A stretch of DNA of 64,000 nucleotides from the human T2T-CHM13v2.0 reference genome, Homo sapiens. Every line of letters starts with the position of its first letter. Positions within the stretch are counted from its first letter, which is position 1. Shown in pieces: positions 14,834 to 30,949 of the stretch. Location of the stretch: assembly GCF_009914755.1 (NCBI RefSeq), contig NC_060928.1. One strand, 5' to 3'. Made by a program: the position numbers and the translations under genes. The notes below the pieces were generated by a model. That model was not told the origin of the DNA. It was given only the letters and a program-made list of their open reading frames with translations, and ran no database searches.

Positions 14834-14928
14834 TCCACATGCACTCCGTGGTTAAAATTGATTAAAGCCAGGATGTGAAAGGAGAAAAATAGAGAAATAC
14901 ACAGAAAAACTGAATATTTGACTTCAAG
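14834..14928 (+). pseudogene. Candidate exon (phase 0 to 2) STCTPWLKLIKARM*KEKNREIHRKTEYLTS
   Basis: Acceptor 'tttctttcag|', consensus donor 'AAG|gtaagt'; one frame open except TGA at 14876-14878. Confidence 0.45.
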
Positions 14929-15249
14929 GTAAGTTTTATTATTCTTTCTTTTTATGTTTGAACTTTATTTTTAAATAACAAAACTAATATATGATTATTA
15001 AAAATTTCTTGGAAAGGAATATAACATATATATATATCACTGATGTTCCTATGCCAGAAATAATTATTGATAGCGTAATGGTTTTTATCCTCTACTTTTA
15101 AAAAATCACATATATAGATCATTTTTACAAAAGTATTCATAAGCATAGTTAACAGTTAATGCTAATTGGTAAGAACATTATTTTTCTTATCTCCTATACT
15201 TCTTTTCTGGGTGGAAATCAAAGTGTAAACTTTGATAGTCATAAGTGCT

Positions 15250-15637
15250 GTTTATCAAATAATTTTGGTTTTCTCACTTTTGAGCATATGGGAATATTTC
15301 ACTTTCTGCTCATCTTTTAGTTAGATGAGGTCATGTGTTAGAAGGTTTTAAACAATTAATTATGATCAGAGTAATGGATGCCATTTTGGAACCAGATCAT
15401 TTATTGGTAAATGGGCAACCCTCCCAAGAGTTCTTCCAGCCAATACAGTAAACAACAGCATTCAAAGTGATGGCTGTGCCACTGGCTTGGGTCTGTGATT
15501 AACTAAAATGAGCAGAGCCCCCTTCTGGCCAGCAAAGGACATATAATAAATGACCGAAAACTCAATTTGTGTTATTTTAAGCCATTAGGATTTTGAGGTT
15601 TATTACCATGGCACAACTTAGTATATCCTAATATACA
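15250..15637 (+). mobile_element. Old MLT1 (I/J-like) MaLR LTR
   Basis: 3' end 'ttttaagccattaggattttgaggtttattaccatggcacaacttagtatatcctaatataca'. Confidence 0.6.
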
Positions 15638-16099
15638 CCCCAATTTTTATCTGTCTCCAAATGGCTTCAATTAATTCTCATGAAAAGAGGAAATCTGAAC
15701 CAAAGACTGCAGAAAATAATACATTTGGATCATAATATGTATTTTTAATGAAAAATTATTATTAAGGTAATGTGTTCTGTTGTAAAAAAAAAAAAGTGCT
15801 GTGTGAGTTAACATCAAATTGAAGTTTCAGTAAGGAATTTCTCCTTGTTTAATCAGGACTCTAAATATAGTGATATCTCCATAGCGATTGAAAATCTAGG
15901 ATACCAAGGGCTGTTCTCATTCAAATGGTAAAATAACAATGTGTTCCTAAACATGCCCCTAAAAGCAGGCAGAGTTGTAGTCACAGATAATTTTTGAAAA
16001 GCCAAAAGATAAATAACACTACTTAGCCCCTCATAAGACTGATAATGAAAGGACAGAAAGCACAAATTATAACCACCAGAAAGAAAAAGTGAGGTAATC

Positions 16100-17645
16100 A
16101 CAAAACCCATAGTATTTAAATTTATAGAAAGAGTTACTACAAACATTTTTGCGAATAAATTTGAAAAAAATATAAAATTTCCCAAATATGCATAAAGTCA
16201 CTTGAGTTACCAAAACTCACATAAGAAGAAATATAAAATCTGAATTAGTGTTTATTTTAAAAAAATAAATCTAAAATTACAAACTTTCCACAAAATAAGA
16301 TTTAAGGGTTGTATACAGAATGATATAAAACTTTTAAGGGAGAAATAATAGTCCTATCTAGTACAATAAGACAAACAAAAAAGGAAATAAAAGGTATACA
16401 TATTGGGAGGGAAGAAATAAAACTTTTTTTTTTTTTTTTTTTTTTTTTGCAGATGACATGATTATCTATGTAGGAAATCTGAAAGAACCGACAATCTCCT
16501 GGAACTAAAAAGTGAGTATAACAGGGTTGCAGAATACAAGGTTGATACACAAAAGCCAATCATTTTCCCATATACTAGCAATGAACAGGAAGAATTCGGA
16601 ATTAAAAACCCAAAGCCATTTATATTAGCACTCCCCTAAATGAAATACTTAGGTATAAACCTAAAAAAATATTTACAAGATCTATGTGAGGAAAACCACA
16701 AAGGTCTGATGAAAGAAACCAAAGAACTAAATAAATGGAGAGATATCCCATGTTCTCAGATAGGAAGTCTCAATGTCAAGATGTCAATTTTTTTCTAACT
16801 TGATCTACAGATTCAACACAATCCAATAAAATTCCCAGCAAAGTATTTTGGAGATATTGAAAAACTGATTCTAAAATTTATATGGACAGGCAACGATGCA
16901 GAATAGTTGATAACACAGCATTGAAGGAGAAGAACAGAGTTGGAGGACTGATACTACCTAATTTAAAGACATACTATACAGCCACAGTTAGTAATAAAGA
17001 CAGTGTATTATTGATGCAAGAACAGACAAATAGATCAATGAGACAGAACAGAGAGCACAGGAATAGATCCACATAAATATAGTCAATTGATTTTTCAATA
17101 AAGGAGCAAAGGTAATACAATACAGAAAAGAGAAGCTTTTCAACAAATGATTCTGGAACAACTGGGCATCCACATGCAATGAAGTGAATCTAGATGCAGA
17201 CCTTATTATACCCTTCCCCAAAATTAACTCGAAATGAACCACAGACCTAAACATAAAATGCAAAACTATAGAAATCCTAGAAGATAACATAGGAAGAAAT
17301 CTAGATGACGTTGGGCTTGGTGATGACTTTTTACTTGCAACACCAAAGATACTATCCATGAAAGAAACAAATAATAAACTGGACTTTATTAACAATGAAA
17401 AATGTCTGCTCTGTGAAAGACAGTCAAGTGAATGAAGGACAAGCCACAAACTGGGGGGAAACATTTGCAAAGACATATCTGATAAAAGAGTATTATCCAA
17501 AATACACAAATAACTTTTAAAACTCAACAATAAGGACACCAACCACTCGATTAAATGGGCCAAAGACCTTAACAGAGAGCAATGCATATAAAAAGATATC
17601 CCACATCATACGTTATCAGGGAAATGCAAACCAAAACAACAACAA
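16100..17645 (+). mobile_element. Old L1M ORF2 remnant(s)
   Basis: 'tttgcagatgacatgatt' (FADD RT motif); translation 'KNRVGGLILPNLKTYYTAT' in ORF 16882. Confidence 0.9.
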
Positions 17646-18150
17646 GAAATCTATTCAGTTATATAAATATAGTAATAATCTATCCACTTATGTAATTGGA
17701 ATTATAGACAATATGTTGTGAACATAGATTATTTGGTAAAGACAAATCAATATGGAATTCCAACCACAGAAATTATGTTTAGGAAAATTGCTGTCAACTT
17801 CTATGTAAAAATAAGAAGACTTCTATTGTTTTTGTCAAATATTTATCAAAATTCATGGTTTTGACTATTTTTTTTCTGTTTTTTAGTCTTCATATTGATT
17901 TTGATTGATTTCAGAAGAGAGTAGAATAGAAATAGCTTTTACCCACAATAGCTTGTGTTAAATGTCTTAAAGGAATTATAAAAAACCCCTCAAGTTTACT
18001 CTGATTCCCAATTTGCTCTTTTCTAAGTAGTAGAAAGCCTAAATCAGAATTGAAGTTGAGAACAATTATTGCTAACACTAAAGAAAATTGTAGTATATAC
18101 ATTGTAACTATTATTTTCTAATATCATGAATTTTTCCTTTCTTTGTGTAG

Positions 18151-18171
18151 CCACCTTTTCCAGTATGTTAT
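18151..18171 (+). other. Candidate 21-nt micro-exon (symmetric; reads HLFQYV in phase 2)
   Basis: Strong acceptor 'tttttcctttctttgtgtag|' and donor '|gtaagt'. Confidence 0.3.
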
Positions 18172-18619
18172 GTAAGTATTAAAAAAATTGTATTTTGCCA
18201 TCAGTCTTAAATTGTTCTGGTTTCTTGGCTATTTTGTGACATTTGCAGACTCATTTTGAATTCCATATAACTTTTTCTGAATGCCTAGCTCAAGAAAGCT
18301 TGCCGTAGGGAAGACAAAATAAAAAACATTGAGACAGATATTAACTTTGGAATAAACACAAGCCCCTTGCCCTTTGCTATAAATTCATATTTCTTTGTAT
18401 AACTTTCTTAGCACCTGGATGAGATTACATTCTCAATATCCATGCTAATCCTATCAAAATTTAATTTGTCAATTGATTTTTTTCAAATACTGTTGTTTTC
18501 ATCTAATCAGACTTCTAATTACTCACTCATTCTTTCCTATAGATATCTCTCTGTACCATGTGAGATCTGAGAATGCTTTCAGACTGGCTTTGGGAGGGAC
18601 ATTTATGATTTGTATTACA

Positions 18620-18790
18620 TACAGCTCTATTCAGCTGGCAAAGTCCTTTAATATCAACATTTCATTTATTCTTCATAAGGGATATTATTATCCTCATTTT
18701 TTTCCATAGGAAACTGAAGTACAGAAAGTGGTAGGTATTTAGTGAGGGACATGAAGAATAAGCAGCAGAATTTAGACTATGAATTATTAT
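18620..18790 (-). mobile_element. MIR
   Basis: 'attattatcctcattttttt...ggaaactgaagtacaga'. Confidence 0.65.
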
Positions 18791-19004
18791 CCTGCACATA
18801 TTGACATACCCAAACATCACACTAGTATGCACACAGCAAGGTTTCAAAGCCCCAAAGATATCGGGGGGATCATGCAAAACGGAGAAAAAGTCACACTCAC
18901 CCAAGTGATATAATTTGATTTCTCCATAGCCATCTGCTTAGCTTACTGTACTTTGGGTGTTGTTTTCCTTGTAGTCCAATTTCTTTTCTTATTGATGGAC
19001 ACTC

Positions 19005-19479
19005 TGTCATGCTCAGGGTTAGGTTCCAGCCTCAGCTGAGGTCCAAGGGGAGTGGGTGCATGGGGTCAGGGAGCTGGAAGAACATTTGAGAGACACCAGT
19101 AAATAAGACATGGCTTTATTCAGCAGCTCTCTCATCAGCAGCTCTCTCTCATCAGCAGCTCTCCTACATTGTCTGCTCTGTCTTAGCTGCTTGCTCCGGC
19201 TGCTTCCACACACAGTTGTGTGGCTGGCTCTCCCTTCAGGGTCAGCGGCTTGACTCTTTCTCTCTCTGGGCACAAACACACCTGTACAGTGTCAGCAGGG
19301 CAATTATTCCTTTAACAGACAATAGTGGTGTAGGGTCAAGGGATGGCCTTCTCATATTATGGCTACATGGATGTGATAAAAAGTGAAGTTATACACTTGC
19401 ACTCTAAACTCGTTGAGTCACACAGGATGTTTACCTTGGCCTATGCCCACTTGGCCACAGCACAGCCATGTTCCTTACA
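19005..19479 (-). mobile_element. LTR18-like (HERVL18) solo LTR
   Basis: Reverse complement starts TGTAAGGAACATGGCTGTGCTGTGGCC; AATAAA on minus strand; TG...CA termini. Confidence 0.75.
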
Positions 19480-19789
19480 CTCTTCTTCCTTAGTTTCTGT
19501 GGCCCTAATTCCTCTGGCATTTCCTGTGTATTGTTGCTCTGTCTCCTATTTTTATTTATTTCCTCCTCTGACCATTCTTTCAACAGCAGGTTTATCCTTG
19601 GCATTATTTTAAGACCTCTCTCCCCTCACTCTATGCATTTACGCAGAGGAAATATAAGCATTACTGTGTTAATCAGTGTTCAATTGCAAATAACAGAAAC
19701 CACTTTATTTAAGTGGAAAGAATTTTAATTCAGAAAATTAGATGCCATAAATCACTGGACAGTCTACAGCTGTGCTTCCAATAGGGCAG

Positions 19790-20143
19790 TCACTAACCAC
19801 ATGTGGTCATTTACACTTAATTTAAATTAAATAAAATTAAAATTCAGGCCAGGTGCACTGGCTCATGTCTATAATCTCAACACTTTGGGAGGCTAAGGCA
19901 GGAGGATGGCTCAGGAGTTCAAGACCAGCCTGAGCAATATAGTGAGACCCTGTCTCTATTTCTATTTTTAAAATTTTTTAAAAAATTTAAAAATCAATTT
20001 AAAAAATTAAAATTTAATTCCGCAGTTGCAATAGTCACATTTCAAGTGATTAATAGTCACATGTGTCTAGTGGCTGCTATATTAGACCACACAGAGTCAC
20101 AAAACAATTTTCTCATGACAGAACATTCTTTTGGACAGTGCTG
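19790..20143 (-). mobile_element. MER3 MITE interrupted by a FLAM
   Basis: 'ctgtgcttccaata...ttggacagtgctg'; Charlie-type target 'gtctacag'/'gcctagag'. Confidence 0.8.
19847..19970 (+). mobile_element. FLAM / Alu left monomer
   Basis: 'ggccaggtgcactggctcatg...gagaccctgtctcta'. Confidence 0.85.
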
Positions 20144-21214
20144 GCCTAGAGGATCAAGTTCTAGGTTGAACTTATAGCAATGATTCTCAGAAAAACATGA
20201 CAGAATTTGTTCACTAGGGGATCTACTACCTCTGCCACAATCAGCAAGGAAGGGAAATAGAAAGCCAATATCACAGCTGATGACTCCAGGGCCACGTAAT
20301 TTCTGTAAAACCTTCACCAGTAGAATGAATGTCCCATGCCCTGTCTCTTGACACACATTAAACTAAAGACTAGAACATGGGACTTCTGCTGCAACCAACA
20401 CAAAAACCAACCACACTTACAATTGGGCTTGCCAGCAGAAGCAGCAGGAGGAGTAGAAGTTTGTCCCTCCCTCATAAGGATGAATTCTGCTGCCAGACCA
20501 CATGAGGATGCATCTGATCAGTAGAATCTGTGTCATGTGTGGAACCTAAGCTATAAAAGGATCTGTTAAATGTGCCTTTAGGTTTTCAGACTCCAGCTTA
20601 AGGGATACTACAAGGATAACAAAATTAAGCTGAGTGAGCCCATCTTTATCATCTGCCACAGTTTCTGAGTGCTCTTCTTTGGTGATAGACGTATTTTTAT
20701 TTCTAGCTTTTTTCTGTCTTATGGGCAACTGACCCACGTATCTAACTGCCACCCAGATGTCTCCCCATGGTTATTTCACATTCATAAGTCCAAATGTGAA
20801 CTCTTCTTTCATCCAAATCTTCTCCCCATCATGCACTTTATCTTAGTGGATGATTATTTATAATGAAGCCCAAACAGGAGCTTTACCTGTATGTTTTCCC
20901 TCCCCTTGACACTCTTCATCTAGTCAGCAGGTCCTGTTGACTCTGGAGACCTTCCACATACCACACCTTCGTCATCATTGCCTCTGCTTCAGCTGAGAAT
21001 TTATCATCTTCAACCTCTTCTACTGATTACCTGTAATACGTTTGGGATCATTCTAGTTTCTTGTAATATATTTCCCCATTTATTCTTTATGACAGGTGAG
21101 GGTTCTCACTTACATTTTCAAGTAGGAAGTCCAAGGCTTAAGGGGAATTAAAGTTTAAACCTTGATCCCCTTGGTATCTCACTCTGTGCTTTCAAGTGTT
21201 GGGTCTCAGGAGAC

Positions 21215-21375
21215 AGTAGTGGGTCAACTCCTGCTGGTATGTTTCCTGAATCACCTGGAGCATTTAAAACATATATGTTCATAGGCTCTACACAGACACC
21301 CTGAATCCTAATGTCTGGGGTTTTTTTACCCCCAGGAATTTGTATATTTTAAAATCCTCTAAGGTGATTATGTTG
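21215..21375. mobile_element. MER5-like hAT MITE fragment
   Basis: 'gaatcacctggagcatttaaaa...ggaatttgtatatttt...ggtgatt'. Confidence 0.6.
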
Positions 21376-21491
21376 GATCTCCCTTTCCATATGTATGATG
21401 GGAATATTGAAACAAAGATTTTCTATTTTTTTTTAAACCAGTAGAATTGCTTTATCAATAAAAGTCTATCATTTTGCATTCTCTGTCTCTC

Positions 21492-21532
21492 GTGTGTGTG
21501 TGTGTGTATGTGTGTGTGTGTGTGTGTGTGTG
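21492..21532. repeat. (TG)n microsatellite
   Basis: Direct reading. Confidence 0.95.
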
Positions 21533-22086
21533 AATAATAAAAGAATAGATGTTTGATCAAAGGTTGAAAAAGTTAGAAAGCCACAAATGCTCAACTCAGA
21601 AGACTCCAAAGCATGTTTGTAGAGCATGTCTATTGAAAATCATTTTCCTTGGAGATCTTTGATATTCTTTTCATCTTTAACTTAATGTTAATCTAAGAAG
21701 ATTGGAGCTCTGGGCATATGGAAATGAGAAGCAAATACCAGACAGTTCTCTAACCCTCCCAAACATGCCACCATTGCCTCTCAATAAACACATGATGGTA
21801 CTTACTTCTTTGGTTTTGTCACTCTCCAATATCTTTTATTTAATGATTATTGGTGGGAAGAAAGGCAAGAGGAATTTAAAGAGTGCCCATTATATAATTT
21901 TTGTTGGAAACTCCCGCCAAGTTGGCCAAATAGGAACAGCTCCAGTCTACAGCTCCCAGCGTGAGAGATGCAGAAGATGGGTGATTTCTGCATTTCCAAC
22001 TGAGGTACTGGGTTCATCTCACTGGGGCTTGTTGGACAGCGGGTGCAGCCCATGGAGTGTAAGTCGAAGCAGGGCAGGGCATTGCC

Positions 22087-22341
22087 TCACCTGGGAAGCG
22101 CAAGAGGTTGGGGAATTCCCTTTCCTAGCCAAGGGAAGCCATGACAGTACCTGGAAAATCGAGACACTCCCACTCTAATCCTGTGCTTTTCCAATGGTCT
22201 TAGCAAATGGCACACCAGGAGATTATATCCTGCACCTGGCTCGGAGTGTCCCACACCCATGGAGCCTTGCTCACTGCTAGCACAGCAGTCTGAGATCGAA
22301 CTGCAAGGTGGCAGCGAGGCTGGGGGACGGGTGTCCGCCAT
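22087..22341 (-). CDS. L1 ORF0 homolog, open (84 aa from MADTRPPASLPPC...)
   Basis: Matches primate ORF0 'MAGAPPPASLPPCSLISDCCAS...EPGAGYNL'; expression not shown. Confidence 0.45.
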   Translation of the reverse strand: MADTRPPASLPPCSSISDCCASSEQGSMGVGHSEPGAGYNLLVCHLLRPLEKHRIRVGVSRFSRYCHGFPWLGKGIPQPLALPR

Positions 22342-22910
22342 TGCTGAAGCCTGAGTAGGTAAACAAAGCTGACGGGAAGCTCGAACTGGGTGGAGCCCAC
22401 TGCAGCTCAAGGAGGCCTGCCTGCCTCTGCAGACTTCACCTCTGGGGGCAGGACATAGCTGACAAAAGGCAGCAGAAACTTCTGCAGACTTAAATGTCCC
22501 TGTCTGACAGCTTTGAAGAGAGTAGTGGTTCTCCCAACATGGAGTTGCAGATCTGAGAACAGACAGACTGCCTCCTCAAGTGGGTCCCTGACCCCCGAGT
22601 AGCCTAATTGGGAGACACCTCCCAGTACGGGACGACTGACACCTCATACAGCCGTGTGCCCCTCTGAAATGAAGCTTCCAGAGGAAGGACAGCAACATTT
22701 GCTGTTCTGCAATATTTGCTGTTCTGCAGCCTCCGCAGGTGATACCCAGGAAAACAGTGTCTGGAGTGGACCTCCAGCAAACTCCAACAGACCTGCAGCT
22801 GAGGGTCCTGATGGTTAGAAGGAAAACTAACAAACAGAAAGGACATCCACACCAAAACCCCATCTGTAGGTCACCATCATCTAAGACCAAAGGTAGATAA
22901 AACCACAAAA

Positions 22911-23926
22911 ATGGGGAGAAACCAGAGCAGAAAAGCTGAAAATTCTAAAAATCAGAGTGCCTCTCCTCCTCCAAAGGAATGCAGATCCTCGCCAGCAACG
23001 GAACAAAGCAGGATGGAGAATGACTTTGACGAGTTGAGAGAAGTCTTCAGACAATCGGTAATAACAAACTTCTCCGAGCTAATGAAGGATGTTCAAACCC
23101 ATCACAAAGAAGCTAAAAACCTTGAAAAAAGATTAGATGAATGGCTAACTATAATAAACAGCATAGAGAAGACCTTAAATGACCTGATGGAGCTGAAAAC
23201 CATGGCACAAGAACTACGTGAAAAATGCACAAGCTTCAGTAGCCGATTTGATCAGTGGAAGAAAGGGTATCAGTGATTGAAGACCAAATGAATGAAACGA
23301 AGTGAGAAGTTTAGAGAAAAAAGAGTAAAAAGAAACAAACAAAGCCTCCGAGAAATATGGGACTATGTGAAAAGACCAAATCTATGTTTGATTGGTGTAC
23401 CTGAATGTGATGGGAAGAATGGAACCAAGCTGGAAAACACTCTTCAGGATGTTATCCAGGAGAACTTCCCCAAACTAGCAAGCAGGGCAACATTCAAAAT
23501 CAGGAAATACAGGAAACACCACAAAGATACTCCCCAAGAAGAGCAACCCCAAGACACAAAATTGTCAGATTCACCGAAGTTGAAATGAAGGAAAAAATGT
23601 TAAGGGCAGCCAGAGAGAAAGGTCGGGTTACCCACAAAGGGAAGCCCATCAGACTAACAGCTGATCTCTCGGCAGAAACTCTACAAGCCAGAAGAGAGTG
23701 GGGGCCAATATTCAACATTCTTAAAGAAAAGAATTTTCAATCCCGAATTTCATATCCAGCCAAACTAAGCTTCATAAGTGAAGGAGAAATAAAATCCTTT
23801 ATAGACAAGCAAATGCTGACAGATTTTGTCACCACCAGGACTGCCTTACAAGAGCTCCTGAAGGAAGCACTAAACATGGAAAGGAGCAACCGGTACCAGC
23901 CACTGCAAAAACATCCCACATTGTAA
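22911..23926 (+). pseudogene. L1 ORF1p, frameshifted into 3 fragments
   Basis: MGRNQSRKAENSK..., ...WDYVKRPNL..., ...RISYPAKLSF... Confidence 0.95.
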
Positions 23927-23989
23927 AGACCACTGATGCTACGAAGAAACTGCATCAACTAACAAGCAAAATAACCAGCTGACATCATA

Positions 23990-27811
<3,822 letters not shown>

Positions 27812-28575
27812 ACACTTGGACACAGAGTGGGGAACATCACACACTGGGGCCTGTAATGGGGTTGGGGGAGGTGGAAGGGATAGCATTAGGGCATATACCT
27901 AATGTAAATGACAAGTTAATGGGTGCAGCTCACCAACATGGCACATGTATATGTAACAAACCGCACATTGTGCACATGTACCCTAGAACTTAAAGTATAT
28001 TAAAAAAAAAGGAATGCTCATTATTATTATAACATCTGCTGTCAGTCCCCATCTTTTACAGTCTGCAGGCCCATTTTTGATCCATCTTCTCATATATTTC
28101 TGACAATTATCTGTACATATAATTATTGATACATTGCATGGATAGTAAGACTTGGTTCAAAGAGAAGAAATACCTGACTACTGAAAACCATCAGAGTCAA
28201 CTTACTCTTCCTACTCAATCCCCACCGCAGTCTGAGATCACCTACACTTTAATAGCTCCCTCATCTCCCACCCTCAGCATATACACATAATTTAAATTCA
28301 TTCAAGCAAAAACAGATTCTAGTAATTAACCAAAGGTGGAAGGTGATAGGTTTTCAACTCCATAACAACACCTGTCTAGATACCACGTACCTACTTCAGA
28401 AGCACTTGGATTCTGCAGCTACTCATTCTTTGTTAGTGGCTTCTACTTGGGCCTTGCTTCCAGGATCCTCTAGACGGAGTTAGCACAGCAGCCCCATGGA
28501 ATTTCAGCTCTCCACCCCAGATGGGCTTGATGGTAGATACATGGGAAGGTAAGGTACAGACTGACAAGGTCTTGA

Positions 28576-28857
28576 ATTTTTTTGTTTGTTTGTTTTTTGA
28601 GATGCAGTCTCACTCTGTCGCCCAGGCTGGAATGCAGTGGCATGATCCTGGGTTCAAGCGATTCTCTTGCCTCAGCCTTCTGAGTAGCTGGGGTTACAGG
28701 TGCCCGCCACCATGCCCAGCTAATTTTTGTATTTTTAGTAGAGATGTGGTTTCACCTTGTTGGACAGACTGGTCTCGAACTCCTGACCTCAGGTGATCCA
28801 CCCACCTTGGCCTCCCAAAGTGCTGGGATTACAGGCATGAGCCACTGTGCCTGGCCA
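28576..28857 (-). mobile_element. AluSx-like with an internal deletion
   Basis: Alu body; TSD 'ggtcttgaa' on both sides; 'catgatcctgggttc' lacks about 25 nt of consensus. Confidence 0.93.
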
Positions 28858-29399
28858 AGGGTCTTGAAAGTTTTGAAGGCTAGAAACATGTCTCTCTTCT
28901 TCCAGCTTTGTAATTAAAAGCCTATCCTAATGGCTTTCAAATAATATCTTTTTAATTTACATGAACAGGACACATTTATTAAGTACCTCTTATTTTTAAA
29001 GTATCAGCTGGGAGTTTGAGGGATATTCAGACAAGGTGGATGACATCTCTTCTGTCTTCAAAGATCAGTTTATATATAGTGTGACTAGAGTTAAGAGAAA
29101 AGAGTAAAGAACAGTAAAGAATGGGTAGGTACCATAGATGAGCTATCAGGCTCCTAAAGGAGTCCTGTTAAATTATAATAATATTTTAGGAAAATAGTGT
29201 GTGATCTAATACTTCAAATACTTTATTGATAGAAAAAATTATTCCAGACTGAAAGAAGTGTTGCTAGTAAAGGCACAGAACTCTAAAAATTTTGGTGTGT
29301 TGGGGCAGTAGTGTACCACGAGAGAGATCTTGGAAAATAAGATGTTGAATAAAATAAGATGATGTGGCAAGTTTTGAGTGCCAATCTAATTAGTTTGAC

Positions 29400-29900
29400 C
29401 TCTATTATTCAGTTAAGGGAATACAATAGGGTCCTAGCAAAAAAGAAATGCTATGCTTAAACTAGGTAATTGAGGAGAATTTAATGGAAGGATTACTGTG
29501 CTTATAAACATGATAGCAAGGTTAAGGAAATCCTACAAGAGCCAGTGAAGTCAGAATTATCTTGGTGTACCAATGTGGGAATCTGTTGTCACTTCTAAGT
29601 CTGAAGGAGCAAGGGAAGTGAGTAGTTGTTCAAATCCTAAGAGAAGTGTAGCAGTAGCATTAGGTGTAGGGAGGGTCACCCAAAAAACTGTACTTTTACT
29701 AGAGGAATGTAGCCACTGAAAACTCACAATCCAGTAGGAGGGAAGCCAGGGAATAAATACCCCAGTCTTAATCCTCTTCTGCCCTCGGGTCCCTTGCCAG
29801 TGCCTCTGTGTACTAATCTCAACAGGGTATCCATTGTGTACAGTTCATTCTCAGTTAAAGCTGGACAAGAGATCTTCACAGTCAAAGAGAGAATGTCTAG
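29400..29900 (-). mobile_element. Old ERVL LTR (LTR16/LTR33-like) inside an L2
   Basis: 'gggaagccagggaataaatacccc...cccttgccagtgcctc' recalled as LTR16-type; flanked by minus-strand L2 pieces. Confidence 0.45.
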
Positions 29901-30949
29901 AACAATGACCAATGGAAGGCTCTTGAGAAGGTTATCAATATGTTCTTACCTGTAATACAAGAAAGTGAATGTCAGGAAACTAAAACCAGAGAACAGGTAG
30001 GAAGCTTTGGACAAAGGCAGGTAAGAAAAATTAGGAACTTTTCTGTGGCAACTTCTTGATAGAACTTGGACAACTGCCATCTTATTAGCAAAATAATTGG
30101 GCCCAAATTAAAATTTCTGCAATGATCTTATCCAATTTTCTATGCCTCATGCTTCAGATATCACAATTATAAGAGCATTCTCTCATAGCCTCCTTCTGTT
30201 ACAATAAATTCTTGCTAAAATTTGAACATTAAATGAGTAAATACCTTATGGAATATATATAATAATAAGCCTCTGAATCTCTAGAAATGGATATAGAGAT
30301 TTTAGATTAGATTTCCTATATGAAGCAGAAAGATTATAGAATTATGCCTCAGAAACCAGTTTACTTAGCAAGGAGGTCAAATCCCCCCAGATATACATTT
30401 GGAAGTGAAATGGAGTCATTCCAACAGACAGATCCCATTAGCTGATGATCCAAGTCCAGCAATTACCTGTTTAAATACAAAAATTCACATAATGGAACAG
30501 GAGTAGATTGGCTATACTTGCCAACAAGTTTCACATTTTTTATATTTGGTTATTAGTTGACTCAGGAAGCCAAGTGAATTCCTCTGAGATACTCTCATTG
30601 AAACTCCTTGTTGTGATGAGACGTCCTAATTAAAGACTCTCATTGGTCTTTTCTAGATTGGGGCTGTGGCTATCCTTGCTCAAGATTCACTTTCCCTACT
30701 ACCAGGGCTGCTGAAGTTGTGATTGGTCCTATTTACTTACAGACACGCTGTCATCTATAAAGAATAATAGGACTGGAATGAGACCAATAGTTAATTTTGA
30801 GGAATGGAAGGGCAACTCTCAGCAGCTACTTACTAGTGTTCTGTTTAAATAGGTTTTTTTGGTCTTTTTCATCCAGTCCATGACAATCCATTTCTTCCAG
30901 TTGGTTGAGCCAATTTGACTCTAGTCTTTTCCTCATATGACAAGTCCAA

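Larger units (their letters stand above)
19665..20660 (-). mobile_element. Old MLT1-type LTR carrying nested MER3 and FLAM
   Basis: 'gttcaattgcaaataacagaaaccact' start and '...atctgccaca' end. Confidence 0.5.
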
